DNA of 64,000 nt. Origin: Chrysomallon squamiferum (Eukaryota; Animalia; Mollusca). The notes under the pieces are model-generated. The model saw only the letters and a program-made list of their open reading frames with translations, did not search any database and was not told the origin of the DNA. Shown in pieces: positions 26,713-40,677 of this stretch. Location of the stretch: the NCBI GenBank assembly GCA_012295275.1, contig CM022665.1, positions 2,418,001-2,482,000 on the forward strand. The letters are read 5' to 3'. Within the stretch, counting starts at the first letter, position 1, and every line of letters starts with the position of its first letter. Made by a program: the position numbers and the translations under genes.

Positions 26713-29700
26713 TCAAATGGGCAGCTTCTTTTTCTCTTTGCTTGCATTCTTCTTTCTTTTTTTGCTCAAATAATTGTCAAGTTTTCCACTTTTTTGCAGT
26801 TCTTTAAATTTCTCAGCCAGTTCAAGTTTTTTCAAATCACCTATAAATTAAAAAAAATAAGAAAAAAGAAACAAAACATTAACATATTACAAAAAATATT
26901 CATGACAAAAGACCGTTTTATGACATTTAAGAAATGAAATAAATTTTAAAAGTTCATCAACATAATTTATTAAATTGATATTCAAATAATACATTTTTTA
27001 AACATTAATTTTTCTTTCTTTTTAACTGATATCAACCAGGATGCAATTTTATACATTAGGAATTTAATATATGTATATATTGCTTATATTGAGTTGAAAA
27101 CTATTGAAACAGATGTAATAACAATGTACAGGAATAATCTAATGAAAGTGATAAAAGCCAATTTTAAGTCTGATTTCTTTGAAAAAAATTATGCTGATTT
27201 AAACAACATGTAATTAAGTCTTCAAAATTTCTAAACTTTGCTGCAATAATTTCGAGCAATTTAATAAACTTAACAATGATTGAAAAAAGATATATAATAT
27301 AATAAAAGATAAATAAATAAAACTACAACAAAACAACATTACCTTTCTTGAGGAAAAAGGGAGTTTTCCCTTCATTAACCATTTGAAGTTCCTTTTTCTT
27401 CCACTGCTTCTCCAAGTTTTCACGTTCTTTCTTCTTTTTCTCTGCTATTTCTTGCTGTTTCTAAAAATATAAATGAATACAGCCAGGATTTGGTTATGTA
27501 AATACTGACAAAAAAATAAAATAATAATTGAATAAAACTGTAGTTGTAAAGTATTAAAAATATGCAACTATAACTGAATATCTTTTTTACCATTCGGCCA
27601 AGTAGATACTTTATATTTTCTTTCTTCTTCTCATCCTTTTCCTTCTTCAGCTGCTTCTCCAGTTTCTGAAAACAATTGAACAGTTATTTACATAAATAAA
27701 TGTAATTAAATCGTCCAAGATTATTCTACATTATAAGGTCAATATTCACAAAAATTTGTTTTAAAAATTCAAACATGTTAAAATTTTACAAAGATATTTA
27801 GGAACAACTTTTTTACAAATTTTGTGCCAATATACAAAAATTATATACATCAGATAAAGATTTCCTAGTTTTTCCTAATTAGAAAAGTTATAATCCAATA
27901 ATAAAACTGAAGTTATTTGGCAGAATAAATGATCAATGGACAATACCTGTTTTTCTTTTGCCTTGATCTCATCAATAAAACCATAGGATTGTTTGAAGAG
28001 ATGTTCATTAAATTCTCCAGATAAATCATCAAAACGTGGATCTCGAATTATCTGCAAATAATTTAAAATTAAAATCAGGAAAATGCTTGCATTTTCCATT
28101 TAATTAATTTTACTAAAATACTAAAATATATACATATAATTATTCAAAAGCAAATAAAAGATAAAATATGCTGAATAAAATGGAAGGCAAAGCTTAGATC
28201 TAGAAAAATGTTATTTGTTTCTAAATTAAACTTTGTTAAAAATTAATTTTTTACTTTTTTCTTTACTGGAATGGTGTTACGGAGGACTGAAGTTTTTTTT
28301 TTGGAAGATATTTCCACTGGTCTGAAAAAGAAATAAAAATGTATTAGGATACAAAAATTAAGATATTAAATTTATTAAAAGACAAAATAGATTCATGTAA
28401 TATAAATAACACATTGAAAATTAAATCTAATGAAATATCTTCTCCAACTGACCTCCACTGGTTCAGATTACAAATTTAAAACTAGTTCCAAAAAGGCAAA
28501 ATAACAAACAAAAATATAATAAAAAAAACCTTTATTTCAGAAGTCAATTTACAAAGAAAAATAATACCTGTTCTTGTTTTCTCGTTTAAAAGTTTTCTTC
28601 TGCTCAGATTTTACTTTCTTTTCACCCTGAACAATTTGGTTATAGCTGGAAACAAAAGGTGTAATTGTGAAAATAATAAATATATATATATATATATCCA
28701 GTTTAAATTATATTCATATTTTAAAAATGATACATACCCATTTTTTTTAAACATTTAAATTTGTTTATATTTAATTTACTTAAAGAATGTTAAAATAATT
28801 ACATTCAGCTTTTATATTAATTAAATAAATCAAAATTATCCATTATGATCAAATATTTAAAAAAATGAGAAATGCCACTTAAGAATTTCAATTTACTTAC
28901 ACTTTAATGCCTACTTTGTCTCGAAGTTTTACTCGTTCTTCAAATGACATTTCAGCTAACTCTGAAGAAAGAAGGAAATTGAAAATTATTTTTCAGATTT
29001 ATAGATTACATTTGTGGAAAAATAAAGTGAACCTATTTGTCTAAAATATTCTTCTGTTATTGTAAAAAAATGTTTTAGTATAAAAATTATCATGGTATTA
29101 AAAAAAACTCTTTTAGCTCTTTGATATTCAGTTTTGTTATATACAAATGCTTATACTGAATAACATGTATCTTAAACAACAAATATAGTACTGTATATGC
29201 AATAAAAATTTAAACAATATAGTTATTTTAACAACTTACCTTTCTTAATTGCAGCCTGGAAATATAAAAACATAATCTAATGTACATTACTGTAATTTTT
29301 CAGTAATATGAAAAATTACAATTAAAAGTGTGGCTACACAAAACTAACTAACTAGTTATATGTATGTAAAATTTATTATGAATATCTAGAAATTACTGTT
29401 TCAGCATTTAAATAAAATACATCCAAATCCACTGCTTGAATAAAATAAAGAAATAAAGAAATAAATAAATTAACTTCATTTTCTGAGCCTGTAGATTCAA
29501 AAATGCATAATAATTTAAAATGTTTATTTTTTTATTATTATAATTTGAATAAATTAAAAAATGTAATAATGCATTATAAAATATATATTAAAAACTAATC
29601 ATCTTACAAATTCTTCTTCTTCTTCATCATCACTGGAATTTTCATTTTCTACATCCACATTCTCGCTATTGAGATCATCATTTGTATCTGTGTGACTGCT

Positions 29701-30198
29701 ACTTTCTATATGAGAACCTTTATTGTGATTAGTTTGCAATGACAGATGATATCTGTCTCTCATTTTCCTAATTTTCCTTCTTTTTTGTGACACACTGGGC
29801 TCATTGTCTTCTGACAGACTAGAATCAAATTTATCAAGACGAGAATCACCCATTTTAGTCTTCTTTGTGGATGAATGAACTTCATGAGAAAAACAATTCA
29901 TTTTTCTTTTTGTCATTTTTTGTTTTTTCATGGGTGAGATGTCTAATATACTATCAGAATCTAAAGACGACTCTGTATTTGATTTAATGAAATCAGATTT
30001 ACACATTTTCTTTTTATCTCTCACATTAACTACACTGGCATTTTCTTGTGCGTGACTTTTGTCAACTTTACTTTTCATATCTTTTCCCTGCATTTCTGGT
30101 TTTAAATGTTTTTTATTGAGTTTCACAGAAACTGATTGATTTCTTCTTGAATCATTGTTAACAGCATTATCACTTGAACTTTCATCGCTGGAAATCAT
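26713..30198 (-). CDS. RRP36: rRNA processing protein 36 homolog (DUF947), 9 coding exons including a 16-nt exon at 29240-29255
   Basis: Spliced peptides ELAEMSFEERVKLRDKVGIKVY, FKRENKNRPVEISSKK, RDPRFDDLSGEFNEHLFKQSYGFI, GKTPFFLKKGDLKKLELAEKFKELQKSGKLDNYLSKKRKKNASKEKKKLPI* (stop 26713). ATG 30198 is preceded by an in-frame stop and a 5' UTR acceptor at 30219; candidate UTR donors near 30555 and 30709. Confidence 0.92.
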
Positions 30199-30302
30199 TA
30201 TTACTTTTTAATTATCAACTGAAAAAGAAAAGAATAGAATATAATAATTATTATCGATATTTAACAGATACGAGCATTTCAAGGTATTGGTTTTTACAAT
30301 TG

Positions 30303-30306
<4 letters not shown>

Positions 30307-30380
<74 letters not shown>
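30307..30380. repeat. (AG)n microsatellite in the RRP36 5' UTR intron
   Basis: Direct reading; source of the spurious poly-RE and poly-SL ORFs. Confidence 0.95.
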
Positions 30381-30388
<8 letters not shown>

Positions 30389-30816
30389 GGAACGTCTACT
30401 AAATATATTAACGTACATTATAATAAAGTATAATATACATTTACTGTCAGAAGAAATGACTGTGTTGTAACTATAGTCATGGAATCCTATAATATCAATT
30501 ATCAGTATACACAGCACGACATAGTGTAGTAGTCGAAAATACGCTATTTACTTACGTCTAGAAAATTTTATCAGTCAAGCTTATTCAACAACTGTATTTA
30601 CAGTCATATATATATATATTTTTTGCCAATAATCTATTAAAATATATACACAGAAACAGTAAACAGTTCATATATTAAGTTAAAAAAAAAACCAGGTTTA
30701 TTTTATTACCGTTAAAAGCAAGAATTCTTCTGTTTCTTTGTCCTTTGTTAGATTAATATTGTAAACAACAGTATTTAACCGGTACCTAATAAATGAAACC
30801 AGTCTACAAATAGGTG

Positions 30817-30864
30817 CACGTGTTTCTCAAGAAAGTACCAAATTAACGATGATTAATGCACGTG
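30817..30864. promoter_or_regulatory. Two CACGTG E-boxes in the bidirectional promoter between RRP36 and the unknown gene
   Basis: CACGTG at 30817-30822 and 30859-30864 in CpG-poor DNA; Myc/Max E-boxes are typical of ribosome-biogenesis promoters. Confidence 0.5.
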
Positions 30865-30880
30865 CATTTCTGAAGCAACA

Positions 30881-31946
30881 ATGTCTCAGTATTCAAACAA
30901 AACAGCCTTGATTGGTTATAAATCTCACCAGTATAAATTAAATTGCCAAAAGATAACAGCACAAAAGCTCCAGAAAGAAGTAGACGAGTTGAGACGGGTA
31001 CAGGATTAAAATTTATTTATTATTTCTAACTTAAATGAATAAAGGTGAAACATTTGTCGACAAATAATTAAATATCATAACTTATATTTACATATTTCAG
31101 TTTTAATTATTAATTTCAGTCACAATTTTATACAGAATTTTTTTTTTTTTTTTGGGAAACTGCCAAAATGGATCAAACAAAGATACCAATATCAGAGCTA
31201 CAAAAACAATTTTCGTAAATATAGCCTACATATGCATTTAGATCAAGCTTTTCGGTGCTGCTTTGGCGTGTTATCTACGCACCATGAAACTACTTTGGCA
31301 TGTGATCTACAACATAAAGGGCGGTCTACAGCAACAACAAAAACAAAAGCAAAAAAAAAAATCTAGGATATTTCTATAAGATCAGAGGAAGATCTTAAAA
31401 TGCTTTAAGATTAATGCATGATACATATATAAGAACATCACATCCAGGCAAATTTCATTTCTGTATGGATTTTTGATGTGGTAGTTCATTTGTATTCCAC
31501 TCTGTGATTCATAGAGAAGTTGCAGAATATTTGGTTATTCGGATAAATAGCAAGCATACTCCAATTTAAATTGTCTAAATTTCCAATACTCTGGCAATTG
31601 AAAAAACCTGGTTAGATTTGAAAATTTGTATTTTCAAAAAGATGAGAGTAGTGAACCAAAGAACCTTCCAATCATACCTTGATTATTTCTATTGGCTACA
31701 GATGAGGAAGAATGCTCAATATCTTTTTCTTGCATTTCTCAATTCATCAATAAAATTATTCAAATTCATATACTATTTAGACTTTGTTCCTATAAATTCT
31801 AATAAAACCCCCAAGAATAAACAAAATAATAATTAAAATAAGCACATAGATCACACACCAAAGTAGAATTTGCTTGGTGTAGATCACACGCCAAAGTTGC
31901 ACCAACTTTTCTCTTTATAAAAATAATAATAATAATAATAATAATA

Positions 31947-31984
<38 letters not shown>

Positions 31985-32778
31985 AAACAAGATGCTTTGC
32001 AACCAAAATTTTACCTGTATTAATCTACAGTTGTACTGTCTTGTGTACATACTGATTACGAGGGTGGGAAAAAGGCAAATAATCTTTGATAAAACCATCA
32101 TACAGTACTGGCTTGGATGGGAAATTGCCCAATGGGTGTGACATCATATTAAACTCCCATAAAGTAAAATAATGCATGTTTCCATCAAAGGATTATTCAT
32201 GTATGGCTTTTGAGTCCAGTTCAAAACTGTACTGATGATCAGTGTTCTAGAAAGCTGGGTGAAAGCATGTTCAAAGCCTACCTTGATGCTCATAATAGGT
32301 AAATCTTCCAAATATTGTGTAGAGAACAGAAAGTTGATCCCCTGTTACTATTACATAATTTTTGTGTATTTATTACCAAACATTTCTTGTTCCTTTTCTT
32401 TGTTTTCATAGGAAACTAATCGTCTTGAATTAGAAAAGAAATGGTCTTATAATAGCAGTGGTAAGAGAATACGACCAGTTCCAGAATATAAATCAGCTAA
32501 AATAGCAGAAAATATAACCCATAATCCAGAACTGGAAGAAGGTACAACTTGACTTGCTACTGTTTTAAAGCATGGGGATGTTAATTAGAGCAGTCAAAAA
32601 AAAAAAATTGTTCATAAGGACTTTCAGATTTTTTTAACAGACCAAACTTTGGCCGATTAATTGTACTGGCAATAAATTAAAATTATTACTGAAGTTGCCA
32701 TTTTAAAATATGTGCTAGGTTTAAATAATAAAGATTTGAAGCACTTTGAGTTGAAATTATACATTTAAATTGTATATT

Positions 32779-32819
<41 letters not shown>

Positions 32820-32919
32820 ACACACACATACACGTTTATTTTATTCAGTCAAACCAACACTTTAAGCCAGCTTCTTTCATATTTCTAATACATTATGGAT
32901 TCATTTATATTTATATGTA

Positions 32920-32962
<43 letters not shown>

Positions 32963-33256
32963 TGTTTGTATGTATGTATGTATGTATGTATGTATGCATG
33001 TATGTATATATACATCTTTAAAAAGTAAATTTTTTTTTATACTTATATCTGAATAAGTAAGAATAATTATATTTTCTGCAATACATATTTTTATTAATTA
33101 TATAATTTTACTAATTATATAATTTGACATTGATATTTTTATTTATATTTTTTAACAGACGTTTTGAAAGAGCTGAGGACCAAAAGGATATCATTACAAA
33201 GAAAGACCATTAATTTACAACGTCAATTGAACAAACACGATTCTTTGGATGACTAA
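30881..33256 (+). CDS. Unidentified ~114-aa predicted coiled-coil protein; exons 30881-30997, 32412-32541, 33159-33256
   Basis: Three GT-AG exons join in frame (phase 0, phase 1): MSQYSNKTALIGYKSHQYKLNCQKITAQKLQKEVDELRR|ETNRLELEKKWSYNSSGKRIRPVPEYKSAKIAENITHNPELEE|DVLKELRTKRISLQRKTINLQRQLNKHDSLDD*. Good pyrimidine tracts at both acceptors. Missed by the ORF track because each exon is under 60 aa. Confidence 0.7.
31254..31903. mobile_element. Non-autonomous TIR element (MITE), Merlin-like
   Basis: ~55-bp imperfect terminal inverted repeats (31254-31310 and 31847-31903), each with two ctttggcgtgtgatctac-like subrepeats; termini GGTGC...GCACC; flanking 8-mers agcttttc / aacttttc (7/8 identical) as probable TSD. 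Confidence 0.7.
32786..32830. repeat. (TG)n/(CA)n microsatellite, with nearby (TA)n/(TATG)n tracts to ~33010
   Basis: Direct reading. Confidence 0.85.
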
Positions 33257-35006
33257 TGAACCAAATAAACTACAGTTATCTGTTATTATCATTTTCTACT
33301 CTATATATCACTCCAATTATCATTTACTGAAAAAAATTAAAAATTACTATTATGGGAGGAAAAATATTAAAATCTAACCTCCTTTGGTTATTACTGGGAC
33401 TGCATAAGAAATGGTGATTGGATTGTATTATGTCAGAAACATGTAACAAGAAATGATGTTAACAAGGTAATACTTGGATAAATTACAAGAAAGTAAACAA
33501 AATTCATATAATATTATTGGAAATTTGTTTTTGTAAGGTTAACCATCAAGCATCATTTAAGACTTGTTAATGTTTTGGTTAACTTTGCTTGTTGTGTGTG
33601 TACAAAACATGTTAGTTTTAGTTCCAGCTAATTATTTTATTGAGATTAAAATTCCCTGACAGATCACTGATTTATCAGTTGTAGAGTAGTGTCATACAAA
33701 TCCAATGATCCTGATATGTGATACAGAATAAAATATCAACAAATCGGAATATTAAAAAAAAAAAATCCAACAAATATTTTATGTTCAATAATTTTAATAG
33801 TTTTTCTGATATATGTTTCAAACATATATCAGAAGATTGCACTCAGCTGATCACGAATCTGTAAAATAATATACATGATAAAAATAAAATGTACTGTAAA
33901 TTAGTTGAAATCAGATATTTATTTTACTGACTTGAAATGAATGTGATTGTATTTTAAAATAAATACAACCTAACAAAAATATATTATCAATAAACAACAT
34001 TTATTCACATAATGTGTCAAGCAAATTAACTTGACAAAAAGACAAATGATTGACAATTTAACAGTATAGATAACCCTAACCTAAAATCCAACTTTTATCC
34101 CCAGGAATCATCAGAGAATGATACATTCTACATATGATGTCAAATACATATGTATTTGTTTTTGATGAAGTATTTTATAAAAGCATGGATTTTTAGATAT
34201 TTACATATAAAATATTACCAAAATGGCTTGTATTGATGTTTTATTTTGCCATCAGCTTTATTTTTGGGGTGAAAAACTATTTATAGATTGTATTTTACCT
34301 GCACAACTATTATGTGTCACTGTGAACTATAAAGTAGAATGAGACATGTTTATCTAATGTATTGAATATATGTTTATTTGATGTATTGAACAAGACAAAG
34401 TAAATGTTGGTGTTGATAATTAGGAGACATTTAACAAAAATTCTGCATTGAAATGAACTCAAAAGTATTTGTAATATCTAATAATTTAAATGTATTTGAC
34501 CTTCCTTTCCAAGAAATGAATTGATGTTAAATAAAAATCTGATAAAATATATATAACTAACCAATCTTTTGGCATTTGAAACAAGAAAAAACACACTTTC
34601 TCATTCATGTATTTTTTTTTTTTTTTTTTATCTTTTTATGCACCAAATCTGAAAAGATCACCAATAATTAAATATTTACAGTTTCTTTTCAGTACTGTTG
34701 AAGTTTCCTATTCTACGCCTCAAATATGGATTTTATTTCCTAAAACAAATAAATACTCTGATAGTCTATCAAAATTTAGATAGATTCCATAAGAATGGAG
34801 AAAACACTTTGGTTGAAAATGAGGAATCGTGACTTTCTGGTCCAGTCTCGGACAACTGTCATATCAAATAACTCCAGCCAGGCAGCAGATTCCTTCGGAA
34901 ATTACAGTAATCACAGATGCCAAACAAAAAAAACCATAGTTTGCATAACAACTAATCCATGTTTCTGGACATGTCATCATCTTTATTTCACCTGAAGTTC
35001 TGTGTA

Positions 35007-38000
35007 TTAGCCAATTCTTTTAGCACCCAATTTCATAGCTCCTGCTTTCTTCAGTTCTCTTTTGGCTTGCAACTCTTTTTGACGCTGCAATCGTCTTTCT
35101 TCTTTCTCATCTACCTTTTTCTTTGATGTGTCTGCTCTTGAATTTCCTGCCAAATGACAGTTAATGGAAAAATCTAGTACATCATATTTTCATTAGAAAG
35201 AGATAAAATATAAATGAACCATAAGTTTTTACATCATTATAATTATGGGATGCGTATTTAACATAAAATTTTCTTGTAAAACAACTTAATCTTGCTTAGA
35301 ATTAAAATATTTCAATCATTTAAAAACAATACTTTAGGATTAGCATGACTATACCCAGCAATGTATAGTGTTAAATTTTCTAAAAAAAAAAAAATTCTTT
35401 TGATATATGTTACCTGCTGAATTCCAGTCATCTGCATTCCACCCACTGTTATCATCAACATCCCAGCCACCAGCATCACCCCAGTCCGATGAAGTTTCTT
35501 TTTGAGGTGCAACAGTTTTCTTATGAGATTCTTTTGGTGGAGTTGCATTTCTCTGTGGTGTTGTTTGTCTTGGTTTTGATGGCTATAATAAAATATAATA
35601 AAAGAATTTTACAAATTAATAATACTGTTAAAAATTATTGTGGATTGTAACCAAAACATGATGTGTAGTATTTTTATCAAAAGGAACATAAATTTAAAAA
35701 AAGGCTAAAAGGGGATTATAAAAAATTATATATACCTTGGCCACTCCCAGTGCTGAAAAAAATTCATCTTCTGTATTCTGAACATCCCCTCCCCAGTTGT
35801 ATGCACCAGTTGACGGAAGACCTGAATTGTCAGATGTGAAATCATTCTGTTCTTGTTTGCTTCTAGATTTCTAAGACAAAAAAACAAAAACTGTGAATTG
35901 GATTTCTATTTTTCAATGTTAAATGGTAATTTATTGTAATCATCTTTTAACTTCAGTGCACTTAAAAATATCAATTTCTGAAATTCATGCAGTTTCATTT
36001 TAATATTCAGATAATGTTTATTTCTTTTATGTGTATCTGACAGTATATACATAAAAATTAACAACGAAATTAAATATAAATAATGATGAAACTAGACAAG
36101 TTACAAATAGTTACACCATGTAATGTAACTATCGTTTGTCATTTATCTAATATCATTGTTTGTAAATACTTTTTTTTTTTTTTTGCCAGTAATAAAATAA
36201 TAATCTTTTGAGGATCTCTAGACCTTTCCCCCATTTCTTGTAATGATTATTACACACTACGTGCTGAGTAAACTACTGCAAACTGCTACGTCTGGAATCT
36301 AATGAGTTATATATATTTTTTTTAAACGTGTTAACAAAGGTATGTCAACCAGCTATATTTCAGTTATGGTAAAACAGTACTACTACTTACTGTACCAGTG
36401 TCTTCTAAGCTTCCCCAGTCATCATCATCATCGTCCCAGCCATTATTTTCTTCTTTTTCTGCATCATGTTCAGATGATGTTTTTACCTCTTTGGTTGAAT
36501 CTCCAATCTCCTATGTGGATAACATCTTTTTTTTTAATTTCTTTTTTTTTTTTTTAAACCCACTTAAACTTTAAGGTTGAGAAGATGACATATGTTTGCA
36601 AAATACAGAAAAAGAAATTTTATGACTTTTGATAATTTTTCGTAAGACAGAGATTGTTAAGGTTTTACAAACAAAAAATTCCAAAATAAAAGTAATTGAC
36701 ATAAAATTTAATTTTTTTTTTTTTTTTTTTTTTTAATAAATACTTTTTAGTTTTTTAATGAATCACTATTATTTTATTTTATTTTATTATTATTTGTTTG
36801 TTTTTTTAAAAGTTGAAATATTAAAGATAATTAACCTCCATATCACCCCAGTCTTCAGTGTTCCAGCCAGCACCCTCATTTTCTTCTTCTTCTTCTTCTT
36901 CTTCTTCATTTTCTTCACTCTCCTCTGCTTGCTTAGAAACCTGCTGCTGCTGAGGTTTGTGATGTTCAGGCCCTACGTTTGCTGCTGTTTTTGAAGGTTT
37001 TGCAGTTGGACTTGAAGGAACTTGGCCAGCAGGTTTTGGAGCAGCTTTCTGATAAAACTTGGTAGTGAGTGATGACATGCCAGTCACAGCCCACCCAGCC
37101 CAACCAGCAGCTCCACCTGCTGTGGTCCCACCTGTTGTCACTTCCTTTTCTAGAATTTTAAAATAATTAGTTATTTTACTACTCTCCTGTTTATAAATTA
37201 GTCCAGAAAAATGACACTTTATTGAAAATGATTCAAAGATAATGAAGGAAAAGATATCTGTTAAAAACATATAAAAATTTCAGTTAACCTCTTTCCATTA
37301 CTGACTGCCATCTATTTGCAAACATCTGAACTATGATCGAAGCAGACAATGCCTAGCTATTGCCCAGGTTGGACGAATATGTGATGCAAGTCCCTACATA
37401 TTCTGTATACAAACCCCTAAAGGTACACAAGGGGTTAAAACAGTGTTGGAAATGAAGGGGTTAAGAATTTTCTGATTATAAAACATTTTTCATACAGGGA
37501 CTCTTCTTCCCAACCTCAAAGACTTCAGTGTAAGCCTAATTTCTAAAAGCCATTTCCATCAAAGAGTTACAGTAAGGACAAAGACATGTGCATATATTAT
37601 GAGATATTTTAGATGATTATATTAAATGTTTTGAACATTTCTAAAACAAGTAATTTAATTAATAATTATGCAAATCTATTTACTAATTAAAACTATACAA
37701 ATTATAGGAATAAATATTTTTATTCCATTTTGGAGTTTAGATCTATCTTAAATATATAACATTCAATTTTGAAAGCAATTAATTTCATCAATCATCTTAT
37801 GTCTAACAATTTTAAATAAAAAATATTAAGAAATCTTACCCATTTCTTCAAGCAGTTCAGGATTTTCTGAAACTTTTTCTAGCTTAGTCAAAAATCCTTT
37901 AATAGCTTTAAATGACTGAAAATGAACATTATATTTATTAGCAGTGATTACACATTTAGAACATTTGCAGACGTGTGAAGATATTAATGAAAAAATTCAC

Positions 38001-40553
38001 TGTTGTGTTAGTCATGAACAGAATGATGGTATTAATCTGAAACAATTCAATAGATCAAACCATTAGTTATTTTCCTATTGTTTAGCACTTAAAGAACAAA
38101 GGCAAAACTGAAATATAAATGTATTTAGACTTGGCCACATTCTCAAGTTCTTGTTAAAATGCTAAATCAGAAACATTCTGAAATCGAGACATTTTCAGCT
38201 GCAAGCATCTTGGAAAAGGGATGTTCAACCGCTACTAATAGTTACAAGTCAATTTAAATAATAATGATATCCAGAGTATGAAAACTGCTGTTCTCTGCCA
38301 GTAAGAACTATTCTCTTTTCTCTTTCTTAAAAACAATAAGCATAATTCCAATTTCAAACTAAATTTGTTCTGTTCATCACTACAAAAATAAATCCTGTAA
38401 AATATTTTAATTAGTTTAACTGGTTTGATGTACAACCTGATCACGAACTCCCTTGTCGGGATCAACAGTCATACAGCACAGAGCAGGCAGTAGGCGAGTA
38501 GCCACTTCTTTCAGGTTGTAGAGATTCTGGGTTGCCGCCATGGCTAGCACCCCACCTTGTCTTGCAGGTGGGAAGGGATCTTTTAATGAACGCAGAAAGG
38601 CAGAACACAAAATTTTTTGTCTGATCTGATTTAAAAAAAAATAATAATAATAAATTAAAAAACAACTGAAATTAATAATAACTTTTAAGCAATGCTACAG
38701 TAAATCTAAGTATTTTATTAGTAATTTTATTTATTGAAAAAGTTTTAAAATTAACTGACTGGGATGTGGACAATAATTCATTTATTTATTTGTTCATTTA
38801 TTATTAGTATTTTATTTGTTTTATTTATTTATTTTTTAAATTCATATATCTTTCAGAAATGTTTTAAAATTATTTTTTGTCATGTTTCATCTCATCTTAT
38901 GCATGTTCATTTTCTGTAACACATAAACTTCCTAGTTTTAGTTTTCATTCATTAAATTCAATCATACAGATCAGTAATCATTCCACACTTTATTTATAAA
39001 ACAACAAAATATTAGAGCAAATCTAATTAACTGTTTATGGCTGACAGGAAAAAATATTTATTACAAATCAATTTTATTAATCAATGCTACATTCAGTCAA
39101 AAGTTCACTATATGTAAACAAGTGTGAACTGTTTTGATCAAAGTCACATCTGTTTAAACTAAAGTTTTATGTTTTTTTAAATAACAGATTCAATCAATAC
39201 CACAGCAATTTATTAACACAGTAAGAAAATGTTAAAAGTACCTGTGGATTTAAATAATGACCTATTTTCCCCAAACATACTGTTGTGTTAGTCCGAATTC
39301 CTCCCTGTGAATAATTAATAAAAAATATATATATAAAAAGATATTTTAAAAAGTAATGAATAAGTAAATAATAACATCATATATTATTAACTAAACAAAT
39401 ATCAATCCATATATAAAACAATTAAATTCAATGAAAGGAAATCAAAAAGAAATTAATTTTGCATCAATAAATCATGTAACAAAGAACCTGATACGTTAAA
39501 TAAAGATTTATTATGGAATTAAAATTTTACACCACATAAAAATAACATATATCTCATACCTGATCATCTTTTGTTTGAAGTCTTGCAAAGTGCTTCATAA
39601 GTTCTTCATTTAAATTTTTGTAATTCAGTTTTGATGCTAAATGAACCATTGCCTACAAATAAAAGTATATACAGTCACTGCCTTTTTAAATGCCAAGGCA
39701 TGTAGGATAAAAAAAATATTAAAAAAGGAAGAAAGAAGAAGAGATGTTCATTACAAGTTTCTTTTAACATTATGGCAACATACGTTGTATTTGCCTTGCA
39801 AGATCTGGGGTATACTATGGTATATAAATTTGGGTTTTTTTCATGCTGAGATATATAGAAAGGTAAGGAACTGTTACTGCATAAAGTCTGTATGACACTT
39901 TGATGAGGATGCCAAAGTGGATATCCGAGATAACTGTAACTAAAGATAAGACAGATCACAGACTTAAATTGCTATCATAAGAATAAGGCTTTAACATGTA
40001 ATGAATATATCTGGACAATACAAAAATACATACCTGTGATTTGCTTTAATATATTTATGTTTAACTTAAAGTTTTTATTACCTTAATAGTTGCTTCCCTC
40101 ACAACAGGATTTGTGTCCATGAAACCATTGACAACACTTGGAAATATCTGATCATTAACAGTATTTATTTGCAGATGCTCAACAAAAAATTCTATCTGAA
40201 ATTAAATTTCAAAATTTCAAGTTATTTTATATCTTTAAAGTAGACTGTGATTTCTAGGAACAAGTAATACAATATCCATTCAAAATATGGCTGTTTCAAT
40301 ATTGACAACATTAAAAAGAATTATTGAGATTAACTTCACTGGATCAAAATGTTACCTGTTGTAAAAGTTTCACTCTTGTTGCTCTGTCTGGGGATGAGAA
40401 AAGCTTCACTACACATGGAACCATTTTCTTCTGGTACTCCTCAGGATCAAGATATTTAGCTAACTAAAAATCAAATTTATAATAAATGAAAAATAAAACA
40501 GTATTAGACATTAATGCAACCTAAATATTGTTAGGTTTTTTCAGAATATGTAT

Positions 40554-40591
<38 letters not shown>

Positions 40592-40614
40592 GTCTGTGTG
40601 TGTGTGTGTTTGTG

Positions 40615-40677
<63 letters not shown>

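Noticed and set aside
31168-31218. Short ORF MDQTKIPISELQKQFS* as first exon of the unknown gene
   Set aside because: Its possible donor (phase 2) puts exon 32412 out of frame with an early stop; the 30881 exon fits in phase.
31922-31982. (AAT)n immediately followed by (TAT)n forming a fold-back
   Set aside because: Common behaviour of AT-rich microsatellites; no evidence of function.
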